Shown here one piece after another: positions 52,793 to 64,000 of a stretch of DNA of 64,000 bases. The translations under genes and the position numbers were made by a program. The notes beneath the pieces are model-generated. The model did no database searches, was not told where the DNA came from, and worked only from the letters and a program-made list of their open reading frames with translations. Positions within the stretch are counted from its first letter, which is position 1, and the number at the start of each line of letters is the position of its first letter. This DNA comes from Nitrospirales bacterium (GTDB lineage Bacteria > Nitrospirota > Nitrospiria > Nitrospirales > UBA8639): NCBI GenBank assembly GCA_963555755.3, contig OY820905.2:4352001-4416000 (forward strand), written 5' to 3'.

Positions 52793-53511
52793 TCCTGACG
52801 GCTAAGCTCTTTGGCATGCTCAAGACGTTGTTGAAGCAGGAATCAGATTTGACCGTAGAGCTTCAAGATGGTGGCCAGGTGAATGATCTTATCGCCGAAG
52901 TGCAGAGAATCAATCCGGAGCTGGGTGATTTACTCCTCAAGAAAAAAGTGTTGGTGTCGGTCAACCATGAGATTGCCCATGGGGAAATTCTGTTGACAGC
53001 AACCGATGAAATTGCGCTGCTGCCGCCGTTTGCCGGTGGAGCTCATAGTAGGGAGAGCGAGCCCATGTCAATCGTTGAGGCCGAAGAAGCCATGCTGGTG
53101 CGTGTGCAACGCGAGAATTTCTCCATTGATGAGGAAATCCATCGAGTCAAAAATCGGTCCAAGCGGATTGGAGGCATTGCCACGTTTTTGGGAGCAGCCC
53201 GCGATCGTTCGCAAGGTCGAGACGTCAGCAGCATCACGTTTGAGCATTATGAAGGCATGGCGCAAAAAACGTTGCGGGACATTCGAGAACGGGCGCTTCA
53301 AGACTTTGACATCATCGAAGTGCTGATTCTTCATCGATTTGGTGAGATTGAAATTGGCGAAAATATCGTGTTGGTTGTCGTCGGCGCCGAGCATCGAGCC
53401 GATGCTTTTAAAGCCTGCAAGTGGTGTATTGATGAACTCAAACAAATTACCCCCATTTGGAAGCTTGAGAAGACGGTAGATGGTGAGGTATGGGTAGAAC
53501 AACATCCCTGA
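52789..53511 (+). CDS. moaE: MoaD-MoaE fusion (molybdopterin synthase)
   Basis: ThiS/MoaD fold ending LLPPFAGG followed in frame by MoaE (HRFG, HRADAF, PIWKLE). Confidence 0.92.
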   Translation: MILTAKLFGMLKTLLKQESDLTVELQDGGQVNDLIAEVQRINPELGDLLLKKKVLVSVNHEIAHGEILLTATDEIALLPPFAGGAHSRESEPMSIVEAEEAMLVRVQRENFSIDEEIHRVKNRSKRIGGIATFLGAARDRSQGRDVSSITFEHYEGMAQKTLRDIRERALQDFDIIEVLILHRFGEIEIGENIVLVVVGAEHRADAFKACKWCIDELKQITPIWKLEKTVDGEVWVEQHP

Positions 53512-53708
53512 GGGGAGGCTGTTGAAAAAGTCCGCCAGCGGCGTTCTCGGTCCGTTGTTGTGCTCACGTACTGGTGTACGCTCCGCGCACCAACGGCCCT
53601 GCGGCCTTGCTGGACAGCCTTTTTGAACAGCCTCCTGTCCCCTTTACAGGGGAGCGTGTTGAGAATTTGTTGCCCAATGGAAAAATTCTTAATTTTGTAG
53701 AAACCCTT

Positions 53709-54767
53709 ATGAACAACGTGACTGGACAGCCCATGACTTCCGATTTGCTGGATACGTTTGATCGACCTTTGCGAAGTTTGCGGTTGTCGGTGACGGATCG
53801 GTGTAATCTCCGTTGCCAATATTGCATGCCGGAAGAAGAATATGCCTGGTTGCCGCGCAATACGCTCCTGACCTATGAAGAGATGAATGTCCTCGTGAGC
53901 ATCTTTACCGAATTTGGAGTTGATCGGGTTCGGTTAACCGGTGGAGAACCGTTACTCCGTCGTGATCTTTCAACCTTGATTCGGATGATTCGCCAGCACG
54001 CCGGTATTCAGGACATTGCTCTGACCACGAATGGCATTCTTTTGGAGGAACAGGGGCAGGAGTTGTTCGATGCCGGATTGCATCGGGTGACGGTGAGTCT
54101 CGATACTCTGAAGCCCGACCGGTTCAAAGCCTTAACACGCCGTGAGACGTTTGATCGTGTGCTCGCGGGAATTCAAAGTGTCGAAAAGGTCGGGTTCACC
54201 GGTCTCAAGATTGACACGGTCGCGATGAAGGGCTTTAACGACGATGAGCTCGCCGATCTTATTGAATATGGAAAATCCGTCAATGCTGAGGTGCGCTTTA
54301 TCGAATATATGGATGTGGGCGGGGCCAATGATTGGACGATGGAGAAAGTGTTTTCCCGTGCTGAAATCCTCTTGTTGCTGAGAAAAACCTATGGCCCAAT
54401 TGAGCCCGTACAGAGGAATAGCTCTGCGCCGGCTCAACAATTTCTTTTGCCGGATGGCACGACCTTTGGCATTATCCCTTCGACCACGGCACCGTTTTGT
54501 GCCACCTGTGATCGAAGTCGTCTTACCGCAGATGGTTTCTGGTATCTGTGTCTGTATGCCAAACAGGGAATTGATTTACGTGAGCCGCTTCGAATGAAAG
54601 ACCTCACAGAGGTCCGCAATCGGATTCGGTCGGGTTGGCAGACTCGAACGGATCGTGGAGCCGAAGAACGGAAACAACTTGAACAGTCTAGTATGCGTGG
54701 TCGTTTTATCGAAATTGAAAAACTCCGTCAAGATCCCCGCCTCGAAATGCATGCCCGTGGTGGATAG
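53709..54767 (+). CDS. moaA: GTP 3',8-cyclase MoaA
   Basis: CNLRCQYC, FCATCDRSR..C and C-terminal GG. Confidence 0.97.
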   Translation: MNNVTGQPMTSDLLDTFDRPLRSLRLSVTDRCNLRCQYCMPEEEYAWLPRNTLLTYEEMNVLVSIFTEFGVDRVRLTGGEPLLRRDLSTLIRMIRQHAGIQDIALTTNGILLEEQGQELFDAGLHRVTVSLDTLKPDRFKALTRRETFDRVLAGIQSVEKVGFTGLKIDTVAMKGFNDDELADLIEYGKSVNAEVRFIEYMDVGGANDWTMEKVFSRAEILLLLRKTYGPIEPVQRNSSAPAQQFLLPDGTTFGIIPSTTAPFCATCDRSRLTADGFWYLCLYAKQGIDLREPLRMKDLTEVRNRIRSGWQTRTDRGAEERKQLEQSSMRGRFIEIEKLRQDPRLEMHARGG

Positions 54768-55135
54768 TACTCTTCACGTGTTCCCCGCCTCTTCATCCCG
54801 TACTTTCCTTTTCTCTATAGACCTCAAGTTTTGTCCAGAATACAAGGGGAAAATCCGCAATTCGAATATCGAAATACGAAACCATTCAAAGGTCCAATTA
54901 TCAAAAACGAATATTCCGTTTGAAACATTCATATTTTGAATTTCGGATGTGTTTCGAATTGCGATATTCGAGTTTCTCATTTCAACCTTGCCTCCTGCAG
55001 CCGTATGTTTTTCCTGCCAGTGGATCAGTGAAAGGATCACCGTTTTCTTGATGAAAGGTAGATGCTGTGGTACATTTCTTTTTTCGTAAACTGAGCTTTT
55101 TTGCTTAGTGGGGATTCCTAAAATGGTGAGACAAC

Positions 55136-55981
55136 ATGGGATGGTTTAAAAAGGCTCCAGCGAAAGATTCCGAAAAAGGGAAGTTGAATATTACCGAAGG
55201 CATGTGGTTGAAATGTCCATTTTGTCGGGGCATTGTGTATCGAAAGGAAGTGGATAGGAATCTGAAGCTGTGCCCAAAGTGCGAATATCATTTCCCCCTG
55301 TCGGTGACCGAACGGATTGAGATGCTGCTGGATCCAGAAAGTTTTCAAGAATGGGAGACCGATTTATCCCCGGCCGATCCACTGACTTTTGTGGATACAC
55401 AACCCTATGTTGACCGATTGACGGTGAATCAAGAGAAGACTGGCAGGAAGGATGGGATGGTCATTGGAGGAGGTTCGGTGCAGGGGAAACCTCTCGTGAT
55501 TGCCATATTTGATTTTCGGTTCATGGGTGGGAGCATGGGGTCGGTGGTGGGTGAGAAAATTTGGCGAGCCGTTGATCGTGCCTTGAAACTGAAGCACCCC
55601 TTTGTTCTGGTGGCAACTTCCGGGGGCGCTCGGATGCAAGAAGGCACGCTTTCCCTCATGCAAATGGCTAAGACCGCCGGGGCCGTCGCTCGTCTTCATG
55701 ATGCCAGGCTTCCTTTCCTGTCGCTGCTGGCCGATCCCACCTTTGGTGGCGTCACCGCGAGTATTGCCATGCTGGGGGATATCATCTTCGCTGAGCCAAA
55801 GGCCCTGATTGGTTTTGCAGGCCCTCGGGTGATTGAGCAGACGATCAAGCAACGATTACCAGAGGGATTCCAGCGTGCCGAGTTTTTGTTAGAGCATGGT
55901 ATGATCGACTCTATTGTCTCGCGGCCACGCCTTCGTGAGACCATTCATACTATTTTGACGCATCTGGTGGGCACACATTAG
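55136..55981 (+). CDS. accD: Acetyl-CoA carboxylase carboxyltransferase beta
   Basis: Zinc finger, FMGGSMGSVVGEK, SGGARMQEG and GFAGPRVIEQ motifs. Confidence 0.97.
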   Translation: MGWFKKAPAKDSEKGKLNITEGMWLKCPFCRGIVYRKEVDRNLKLCPKCEYHFPLSVTERIEMLLDPESFQEWETDLSPADPLTFVDTQPYVDRLTVNQEKTGRKDGMVIGGGSVQGKPLVIAIFDFRFMGGSMGSVVGEKIWRAVDRALKLKHPFVLVATSGGARMQEGTLSLMQMAKTAGAVARLHDARLPFLSLLADPTFGGVTASIAMLGDIIFAEPKALIGFAGPRVIEQTIKQRLPEGFQRAEFLLEHGMIDSIVSRPRLRETIHTILTHLVGTH

Positions 55982-56029
55982 TTGTCCGCAAGTTGAAGAA
56001 GAGCTTGTCAGAAATTAGCGATCGTCAGA

Positions 56030-56507
56030 TCCCTTCTGTCATTTCGACCCTTGGGAGAAATCTCTCTGTTAGGGTTGGAATGCCTTGGCAGGTGTGGCAG
56101 GAACGGGGAGATTTCTCTCAAGGGTCGAAATGACAAAAGGAGGGGACCTCAAGGTTGCAGGAGCCTGTCCGAGATTAGCGGTCGTCATCTGGGGCTGGTT
56201 ACTAAAGGGCACCTCTACAAACCAGGCATTTTTTGTGAGGGCAAGGAAGCCGCGCGCGGAAAACCGGAGTGTATGGGCGAATACATGAGGATGTGAGCAC
56301 GCGACTGACGCCGCCATCACGGAAAAGGACGGTTTTTAGAGGTGCCCTAAGGGCTCGCGCAAGAATAACTTCCCATGTTTGGGTGTTGAGGCACCTGTCT
56401 GGCAAGGCGCGAGGACTGCGCATACTCCTCGTATGGAAAGGACGAGCAACGCCGTCAGACGGGATGGATCGACGCCCAAACATGGGAAGTTATTCTTGCG
56501 CGAGCCC
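56030..56507. repeat. Adjacent MITE/REP cluster (GTCATTTCGACC palindrome; 56207-56347; 56351-56507)
   Basis: IR pairs and TAA TSD. Confidence 0.8.
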
Positions 56508-56526
56508 TAAAGCCAAAAGGCCAAAC

Positions 56527-57828
56527 ATGTCAGGGTCGTACGAAGCGTGCCTCACCTACCTCTACGGACTTCAGAAACATGGCATCAAGCTTGGTCTCGA
56601 TACGATTCGAACATTGTTGGCTCAATGCCAGCATCCCGAGCGGCAATTCACGGCTTTGCATATAGGCGGGACGAATGGAAAGGGGTCCGCTGCGGCCATG
56701 ACCGCCGCCATTCTCAAAGCTGGGAATGTTCGGGTGGGGCTCTATACCTCTCCGCATTTGATCGATTTTCGGGAACGAATTCAAGTCCAAGGTGAACGGA
56801 TTCCAGAGTCTCGAGTTGTGGACCTTGTCGAACGCTTTCGGAAGTGTTCTGACGTGGCAGGCCCTCCAACGTTTTTTGAAACCGCGACGGCCATGGCCTT
56901 CCAATACTTTGCCGAAGAGCAGGTGGAGGTGGCGGTCATTGAGGTGGGGATGGGGGGGCGATTTGATGCTACCAATGTGTGCCATCCCAGTGGTGTGTTG
57001 GTGACCAATGTTTCGTTGGATCATGAGTACTATTTAGGCCATACCCTTGAGCTAATCGCCTTTGAAAAAGCTGGAATCATCAAGCCTGGTGTTCCTGTGG
57101 TGATGGGGCCAATGCCAGCAGAAGCCCATACCGTGATTCGGCAAGGAGCCCATGAGTGTGGTGCTCCTCTCCGTCAATATGGGTCGGAATTCACAATCGA
57201 TGTTCACGAGGACGGTCTGTTTGATTACCGAGGGCCCACTCACAATTTTTCAGACCTTCCCTGCGCCTTGAATGGTGCTCACCAACGTGTGAATGCGGCA
57301 TGTGCATTGGCTCTTCTTGAGCAAAGCGTGATGCCTCGTCGAGCGATTTCAAAGGAGGCTATTGTTCAGGGGTTGAGTTCTGTTTCTTGGGAAGGCCGAT
57401 TGGAGACCCTCATGAGCCATCCGCTCATGGTCTGCGATGGAGCGCATAATCCTGCTGCGGCAACCTGTTTGGCTCAACACTTGCGGATTATGATTCATGC
57501 TGTACCGGATCGGAAGTTGATTCTTATTGTTGCCCAGATGCGTGACAAAAATATCGAAGCCTTTCTGGCCGAACTCATTCCGTTAGCCGATGTCATAATT
57601 TGTACACAGATTGATCACTTACGATCAGCGACAGTTCAAGAGTTACAAGACCAACTACCGACCGGTGCTCCAACGGTTCATGGTGTCCCCATCCCGTCTG
57701 ATGCTCTCGCTTTGGCGACTCGACTCGCCGGCTCGCGTGATCTGATTTGCGTGACGGGATCGTTGTTTCTTGTTGGAGCCGTCAAGAGTGTGTTAGCTGG
57801 ATCAATCTATGCTCCTATTGTTGGATAA
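56527..57828 (+). CDS. folC: Folylpolyglutamate/dihydrofolate synthase
   Basis: GTNGKGS, YTSPHL, EVGMGGRFDATN and DGAHN motifs. Confidence 0.96.
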   Translation: MSGSYEACLTYLYGLQKHGIKLGLDTIRTLLAQCQHPERQFTALHIGGTNGKGSAAAMTAAILKAGNVRVGLYTSPHLIDFRERIQVQGERIPESRVVDLVERFRKCSDVAGPPTFFETATAMAFQYFAEEQVEVAVIEVGMGGRFDATNVCHPSGVLVTNVSLDHEYYLGHTLELIAFEKAGIIKPGVPVVMGPMPAEAHTVIRQGAHECGAPLRQYGSEFTIDVHEDGLFDYRGPTHNFSDLPCALNGAHQRVNAACALALLEQSVMPRRAISKEAIVQGLSSVSWEGRLETLMSHPLMVCDGAHNPAAATCLAQHLRIMIHAVPDRKLILIVAQMRDKNIEAFLAELIPLADVIICTQIDHLRSATVQELQDQLPTGAPTVHGVPIPSDALALATRLAGSRDLICVTGSLFLVGAVKSVLAGSIYAPIVG

Positions 57829-60289
57829 TCGACAGACGAAACCTCTTTGTTTTTTTTCACCTTAGGACCTGAGAGAAAATAACTTGGACAATATCGCGCC
57901 AAGATTTGGGTCAGATTTGGACGGAACGATTGAGAAAAACCCGAGGCATAACACAGCTATGTTGAGGGTTTTTCGATTGAGGCCCGTTCAAAGATGGCCC
58001 GAAGATTGGATGCGAGATTGTCCAAGTTATTTTCTCTCAGGTCCTTACTGCTGGCCCGGAAGGATTTTCCTTCTTGTGAGTATGATATTGGGGGGAGGTT
58101 TCCCTTTTCAGGTATATGCCCAGCCTTCTTTTCCTGTCGCCGAACGTTCAAAAACAGCCTCCCGTCCCCCCTTAGAGGTGACAGCAGAGCAAGTCCAATT
58201 TGATCAGGTGACGGAAGTCTTTCAGGCCATCGGATCAGTTGTCGTCACCCAAGGCCCTCTTCGATTGACCGCCGACGAAGCTACCATTCACAAACTCTCT
58301 GGAGCCTTGACAGCTAAGGGAAGGGTGCATCTGAATGATCAACTTACCGAGGTATGGGCCGAGGAGTTGGAGATTAATGTCTATACCGAAGCCGGTATTA
58401 TGACGAATGGAAAAATCTTTCTAAAGGAAACCAATACCTGGATTCGTGGACGGTTATTGCAACGGTTCTCAGAAACCCATTATCGAGTGAAAGATGGCAC
58501 GTTTACCAATTGCGATGCTGCTGATGGACAAATTCCCGATTGGAGTTTTGCGTTTGCGGATGTGGATTTAGAGCAGGGTGATAGTATTTATGCCAAGAAT
58601 GTGTGGTTTCAAGTCAGGAATCAACGCCTGTTACCCTTGCCGGTCCTTCGATATCCCATGCCTGGGGCACGCAAAACAGGGTTTCTCCTTCCAACGGCCG
58701 GGTATGATAACGTCTTAGGGTTCCAATATCGACAGGGTTTTTTCTGGGCCATTTCTCCAAGTCAAGATATGTTGCTGACGCCTCAGATTCTATCTGACCG
58801 GGGCTTTGGGGGAAATGTGGCCTATCGATACATTCTCAACCGTCGCTCCAAGGGCAATTGGATGTTGAACTCACTCTATGATACGGAAGTGGATCGAGCC
58901 CGCGCGCAAATCACGGGCGCGCATGTCCAACAGGTGAACGAAGATTTATGGTTTCAAGCGCAGGTGAATTACGCCACTGACCGGTCGCTGTTGCAAGACC
59001 TATCCAGCTCCGGAATATTTCGCGCCCTGCCGAGTCAAGAATCGGTTCTCAATGTGACTCATCGCTTGCCAGGCGGAAGTGTCTATTTGAAGGCCCAATA
59101 TTTACAACCCTTGAACTCAGGCGGGCGTGGAACATTTCAACGCTTGCCTGAAATTGGCCATCTGTATACCAGCCCGGTTTTGGCCAGCGGGACTTTCATC
59201 GTGGGCATGAATTCCAATTTTGTTCATTTTTGGCGTGAGCAGGGTTTTCAGGTCAGCCGCCTTGATTTGATGCCTGGTATTTCCACGCAAGGGCTGCATC
59301 TTGGACATATTGTGGGACTTCGTCCGCAGATGAAATTGCGTGAAGTTATCTATTCGCATGGCCGAACGTCTACCCAGGATGATGCTCGTGATCGAGGCAC
59401 GTTCTGGTTGGGATTTGAGGCGATGACCAGCCTGTCTCGTCGTATTCCCCTGGGTCAGGGTCGTCGGCTTCGTCATACCATCGAACCTCGTCTCTTTTAC
59501 GAATTTGTGCCCAATACGACACAATCCGATTTAGTGCAAATTGACGCTGTGGACAATCTGCCCGAGAAAAATTTGGTAACCTATTCCTTGAGCACCCGTT
59601 TGAAAGGTGAGCGTTTGGGAGGCAAGTCCACCACCTTATTAGATCTCTTTTTTGCCCAAAGTTATCACTTGGGCAAGACACCGGGGGAAGCCAGTATCTT
59701 TTCAGATGTGTGGGGACGTGCTATCGTGGGCCTGCCAATGGACCGCTTGCCGCTGTTTTTGAATAAAGCCTCGGTCTCATTCGATACGTTTTTTGATCCG
59801 GGAGAGTCTGAATTCAGTCAATTCAACACTGATATCTTGTTGCAGGCCAGTCAAACAGCGTATATACAAGTCGGCTATCGGCATACCCGTGCCGGGACGG
59901 TGCCACGGCGAGGAGACATTTGGAATCCGCTTTCGTTTAACGAGGTCTTGGCTCCGCAATCGGAAATTGATTTTCTGACCCTGGGAGGGGCAATTCGTAC
60001 ACCATATGGATGGACCATCGGTTCAAAGGTGTATCATGACTTTGCCAAAGGGCAAACTCCGGAATGGGATGTGGTGGGATTGTACCAGAACCCTTGCCGG
60101 TGTTGGTCCTTAGGGTTGTATTACATTCGCTTGGGTGGAGGAGATGGACTGCCGGAACGAAACCAGTTTAATTTTGTCTTGACCCTTCGAGGCCTCGGAG
60201 CAACCCAAGGGAATGGCACGGCCATTCTCCAATCGATTTTGGGTCCCTTGCTTGAGAATGAGCCGGGGGTGCCTTGGTCTATTGAATAG
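57821..60289 (+). CDS. lptD: LPS assembly protein LptD (5' end interrupted by a MITE; functional start uncertain)
   Basis: OstA-like N-domain, FTNCD, RKTGFLLP, QRLPEI, C-terminal CRCW barrel strands; follows folC. Confidence 0.88.
57865..58044. mobile_element. 180-bp MITE
   Basis: IR GGACCTGAGAGAAAATAACTTGGACAAT; TSD TTA. Confidence 0.92.
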
Positions 60290-60294
60290 CACTA

Positions 60295-60584
60295 GGAGCC
60301 TGTCCGAGATTAGCGATCGTCACGAGGATGTGCTGGTTTGAGTCAGATATTTCGATCGTTTGAGGCGAATAGCTGGACTATTCAACGAAAACGGGGAAGG
60401 TTCAAAAAGGCCGTCCAGCAAGGCCGCAGGGCTTTTGGCGCGCGGAGCGTACATGGAGTACGTGAGCACGCCAAAAGCCTGAGAACGCAGCTGGCGGCCT
60501 TTTTCAACATTCCCCGAAAAGGATCGGAAAATCTGGCCAAATCCAACGCATCAGCAGTAGATCTGTCTAATCTTGGACAGGCTC
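60295..60584. mobile_element. GAGCCTGTCC-type MITE with a second MITE nested at ~60392-60515
   Basis: IR GAGCCTGTCC(G/A)AGATTAG. Confidence 0.8.
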
Positions 60585-61324
60585 ATAGACAAAAATGGAT
60601 AAGGGACCGGGGGGTAAGCCAATCGGGTACCTTTGGGAATGCGGAAACGGAAATTGGCTGAAAGATTAAGGAAGGCTAATTGGACGATAGGGTATTTTGT
60701 GCTTGCGATGTGCCGGTGAGTCCAGGGTAGTCCAACCCAATGGGAGTGGCCGAGCAATGGGAGCTCCACCATTCAAGCATATCATTTAAAAATGGATCAT
60801 CTGGGCCAGAAGCTATCAAGTGGCCGTACAAATAGCCTGTTTTACTATCAAACAGAATAAACAGAGGTAATGATGGTTTTTCAGGAGGCATGGAGACTCT
60901 CCCTGCATGTCGCTTAGAGTGAGCGGAAAATGGTCAAGGTTGATTCTGAACATGCGAACCGCGTTTACTGTATATTGTTCGGATATCCTCACAAATTACT
61001 TGAGGGTCTAACCGCGAGCATGTGAATCAAACGGAAACAAGATTCAGCGAACGTGATGAGGGTGAGCACAAAAGAGAATATCAATTTTGGGACGGTTGAA
61101 TAATTGAAAAAGTTTTCCTATTCACATGTGACCCATCTTATGAAACGCCAAGAACAACAGGGATGTTCAAAAAGGTGTGCTCAGCAAGGCCGCAGGCCCT
61201 TTGATGCGCGGAGCGTACTCATAGTCCGTGAGCACGACAAAGGGCTGAGAACGCCGCTGACGCCCTTTTTCAACATTCCCTTGACGAGGGATTGATGGCT
61301 TCCAGGGAAGGAAGGAAACCTGAC

Positions 61325-62749
61325 ATGAGCAATTCACCCGCGCAAATTCTGATCGTTGAAGACGAAAGTGATGTGCGAGAGGCACTGTTAGCGCAACTTC
61401 AGATCGAAGGGCATCAAATCGTTGAAGCCCGTTCGGGAAGTGACGCAATTGAATTGGTATCCCAGCAGTCCTTTGATGTGGTGTTGACCGATGTCCAAAT
61501 GCCCGGGCTGAATGGGATTGAGCTGCTCAAACGGATTGCACCAATGCCTTCTGCACCAGCGACTATCGTGATGACGGGATATGGGACTATATCCATGGCC
61601 TGTGAGGCTATGAAAGCTGGGGCCCATGGCTTTTTGGAAAAACCGTTTAGTGGCGAAATCTTACTGGCTACCGTTGCCAGCGCTCTTCGCATGAGGCGGT
61701 TGGGAAATGAAAACGTAGAATTGCGTCGGACCGTACAAGGCCAATTTGGCTTCGGAAAATTGGTGAGTCAGAGCGAGGTCATGAAAGAAGTCTTTCGACT
61801 GATCGAATGTGTGGCTGATTCTGAGGGAACCGTTCTGCTTCTCGGAGAAAGCGGAACCGGGAAAGAACTGCTTGCGCAAACGATCCATTACAACAGTTCT
61901 CGGCGGAAAGGGCCGTTGGTTCCGGTGAATTGTGGTGCGATTCCCGAATCGTTGCTCGAAAGCGAATTGTTTGGTCATGAAAAGGGCGCCTTTACCGGCG
62001 CCATAGCGACAAAAGTTGGGCGGTTTGAATTGGCGGAAGGCGGCACCATTTTTTTAGACGAAATTGGTGACCTCAGTCCGCCGCTTCAGGTGAAAATTCT
62101 ACGTGTTCTTCAGGAACGAACCTACGAACGGGTAGGTGGCGTTCGAACGTTAAAAACGGATGCCCGAGTCGTGGCGGCAACGAATCAGGACCTGGAAGAA
62201 CTCGTGAGTACCAAGCGATTTCGTGAAGACCTTTTTTATCGTCTCAATGTGGTTCCGATCATGGTTCCACCACTCCGGCAGCGGAGTGGGGATATCCCGC
62301 TGTTGATTCATCACTTCATTGAACAACTCAATATACGGCGTAACGCCTCTTTGACTGATTGTTCACCAGAAGCTTTCAGGTTATTGTCAGAATATCAATG
62401 GCCAGGTAACGTTCGGGAGCTTGCGAATTTAATAGAACGGGTTGCCATTTTGAAGCGAAAGGGACAAATTGAGGTTGCCGATCTTCCGGAAAAATTTCGG
62501 CGACCCAGTGTGGTTCCTTCATTATCAACCTCTCCTTCCATTCCTGGCGCGGGTATCGATCTGGGCCGAGTTGTTGAAGAATTCGAGAATCGGTTAATTC
62601 TGGAAGCGCTCGAGCGGACCAATTGGGTTAAAAGCCGGGCCGCACAGTTACTTCAGATCAATCGCACCACACTCATTGAAAAACTTAAAAAACGATCGTT
62701 AGCTACCGCCGCCGCTCAACGTCAAGGCCCAGCTTCTCCATCCTCCTAA
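61325..62749 (+). CDS. Sigma-54-dependent response regulator (NtrC family)
   Basis: Receiver domain, GESGTGKE, GAFTGA, FREDLFYRLNV and Fis HTH. Confidence 0.95.
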   Translation: MSNSPAQILIVEDESDVREALLAQLQIEGHQIVEARSGSDAIELVSQQSFDVVLTDVQMPGLNGIELLKRIAPMPSAPATIVMTGYGTISMACEAMKAGAHGFLEKPFSGEILLATVASALRMRRLGNENVELRRTVQGQFGFGKLVSQSEVMKEVFRLIECVADSEGTVLLLGESGTGKELLAQTIHYNSSRRKGPLVPVNCGAIPESLLESELFGHEKGAFTGAIATKVGRFELAEGGTIFLDEIGDLSPPLQVKILRVLQERTYERVGGVRTLKTDARVVAATNQDLEELVSTKRFREDLFYRLNVVPIMVPPLRQRSGDIPLLIHHFIEQLNIRRNASLTDCSPEAFRLLSEYQWPGNVRELANLIERVAILKRKGQIEVADLPEKFRRPSVVPSLSTSPSIPGAGIDLGRVVEEFENRLILEALERTNWVKSRAAQLLQINRTTLIEKLKKRSLATAAAQRQGPASPSS

Positions 62750-63260
62750 CACCCGCTCTCTGGTTGACAGTGAGACTGTTGAAAATCCTGCCCTCCCCAG
62801 GCCCCCCACCCTAGTAGTGTTGTTAGAGACGTGAAGTGTGGAAGAAACCCACGTGGATCTTTATCTCCCCTATCCTTCACGAATCTGGTTTTCCTTGGTC
62901 CCACACCGCAAGGGACTGTTAAACAATTGAAATATTTTCATTATCCCGTCCGCATGTGATCCATTTCGTAAACTTCAAGAGCAAGAGGGGATGTTGAAAA
63001 AGGTGCGCTCAGCAAGGCCGCAGGCGCTTTGGCGCGCGGAGCGTACTCATAGTACGTGAGCACGACAAAGGGCCGAGAACGCCGCTGACGCCCTTTTCCA
63101 ACATTCCCCCCTGCCAGGATTTTTGACTCTCGCGTCAACCCACTGACGGCGTTCCCCTTCTTTTCCCCGGTCCATTCGGTAATATTTCTCTCAGATTCCC
63201 TGTGTTCATTGGTAGATACAGCATTCGGTAAAAGTGGTCCAAAAATTGCTCAAGGTTTGT

Positions 63261-64000
63261 ATGGGCAAAAAAGGATGTGGTGGTGTGGCGCGTCTTCTGA
63301 CGATTTATGGATTGGTCCTAATGCTGACATTTGCCTTTTCACAATCTGGTGAGGCTTCGTCTTGCCACACGTTTCCCTGGGAGGATACTGGGACAACCGA
63401 GACCCTTCCCCAGGCATTGTTGCAAGGGCGGCAGGCCATGGAGGATGGGTTTGCCAAAGAGGCTGTTCAGCAGTTTCAGACTTTTATTCGTGAACATCCT
63501 CAGGATAAGAAAAGCATTGGGGCCCGGTTCGCCTTAGCGACCGTGTTGGCCTCGCGAAAAGACCAGGATGACGCGTTTTTGGAAACCATTGGACATCTGC
63601 AGTCCGTGCGTGGGCGATATCCTGATAGCGAGTATAGTGCGTGGGCGTTGTGTCAGATCGGGAATTTATACCTTCAAGCGGGTTGGTCCCCTGAGGCCAA
63701 GGGTTCGTTTGAACAATTTTTTGAAGCCTACCCTGATCACCCGTTAACTCCTGGTGTACTCATTGGGGCAGCCACGAATTTTCTGAACAACCAACAAAGC
63801 CTTGAAGCCACACTCATCTTTCGTCGCGTCTTAACCAAGCCTGCGTGGAATGAGTTTTATCTCGAAGCCGCGCTGGGGTTGGCGGATGGGGCGGCGATGT
63901 CTAAGGCCTGGAAACAAGCGCAGTATTGGTATGAAACAGTGGCGTTGGAAGCGCCCGAATTGTTACGAGCTTCAGCCCCCTCTTTGTATCGGCGGGGACT
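63261..64000 (+). CDS. Secreted TPR-repeat protein (partial, runs off the window)
   Basis: Manual translation MGKKGCGGVARLLTIYG..; YPDSEYSAWAL and YPDHPL TPR-like turns. Confidence 0.75.
   Translation, partial: MGKKGCGGVARLLTIYGLVLMLTFAFSQSGEASSCHTFPWEDTGTTETLPQALLQGRQAMEDGFAKEAVQQFQTFIREHPQDKKSIGARFALATVLASRKDQDDAFLETIGHLQSVRGRYPDSEYSAWALCQIGNLYLQAGWSPEAKGSFEQFFEAYPDHPLTPGVLIGAATNFLNNQQSLEATLIFRRVLTKPAWNEFYLEAALGLADGAAMSKAWKQAQYWYETVALEAPELLRASAPSLYRRG

Noticed and set aside
56269..56526. N-terminal extension of FolC (similarly MoaA 53574-53708 and CdsA 26952-27101)
   Set aside because: Read-through of MITE sequence or of an overlapping gene; true starts are downstream.
60676..60891. 71-aa small protein on the minus strand
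   Set aside because: Plausible RBS but no recognisable homology; insufficient support.

Overview
Bacterial chromosomal window whose gene content and intergenic MITE/REP families resemble a Nitrospirota (Nitrospiraceae-like) genome; this assignment is an inference. The core backbone is DUF151, proS-rseP-dxr-cdsA-uppS, tldD-pmbA, UDG-hpnE-hpnD, PHP, folB-methyltransferase fusion, moaC-moaDE-moaA, accD-folC-lptD, a sigma-54 regulator and a TPR protein. Two accessory regions with no visible integrase interrupt it. Island 1 (1208-21494) is bounded by a 508-bp duplication of the proS 3' end. It carries a glycosyltransferase cluster, three copies of an IS4-family element whose transposase is fused to a DUF4338/DruA domain (two intact, near-identical, each with a 10-bp TSD), IS256, IS3 and ISNCY debris, and a decayed IS91/ISCR element directly downstream of a lexA-like gene with a GAAC-N4-GTTC operator. 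Island 2 (28742-37371) is bounded by a ~30-bp direct repeat equal to the predicted tldD promoter and is preceded by a 5 x 159-bp tandem array. It carries a truncated IS6, an archaeal-type (thaumarchaeal-like) chaperonin pseudogene fragment, two IS4 copies inserted at the identical site of a RAYT-associated REP, an integron-like cassette hit by IS1595, and a glutaminase. Core intergenic regions hold multi-layer nested MITEs, one of which interrupts the 5' end of lptD. No rRNA, tRNA or CRISPR array was recognised.
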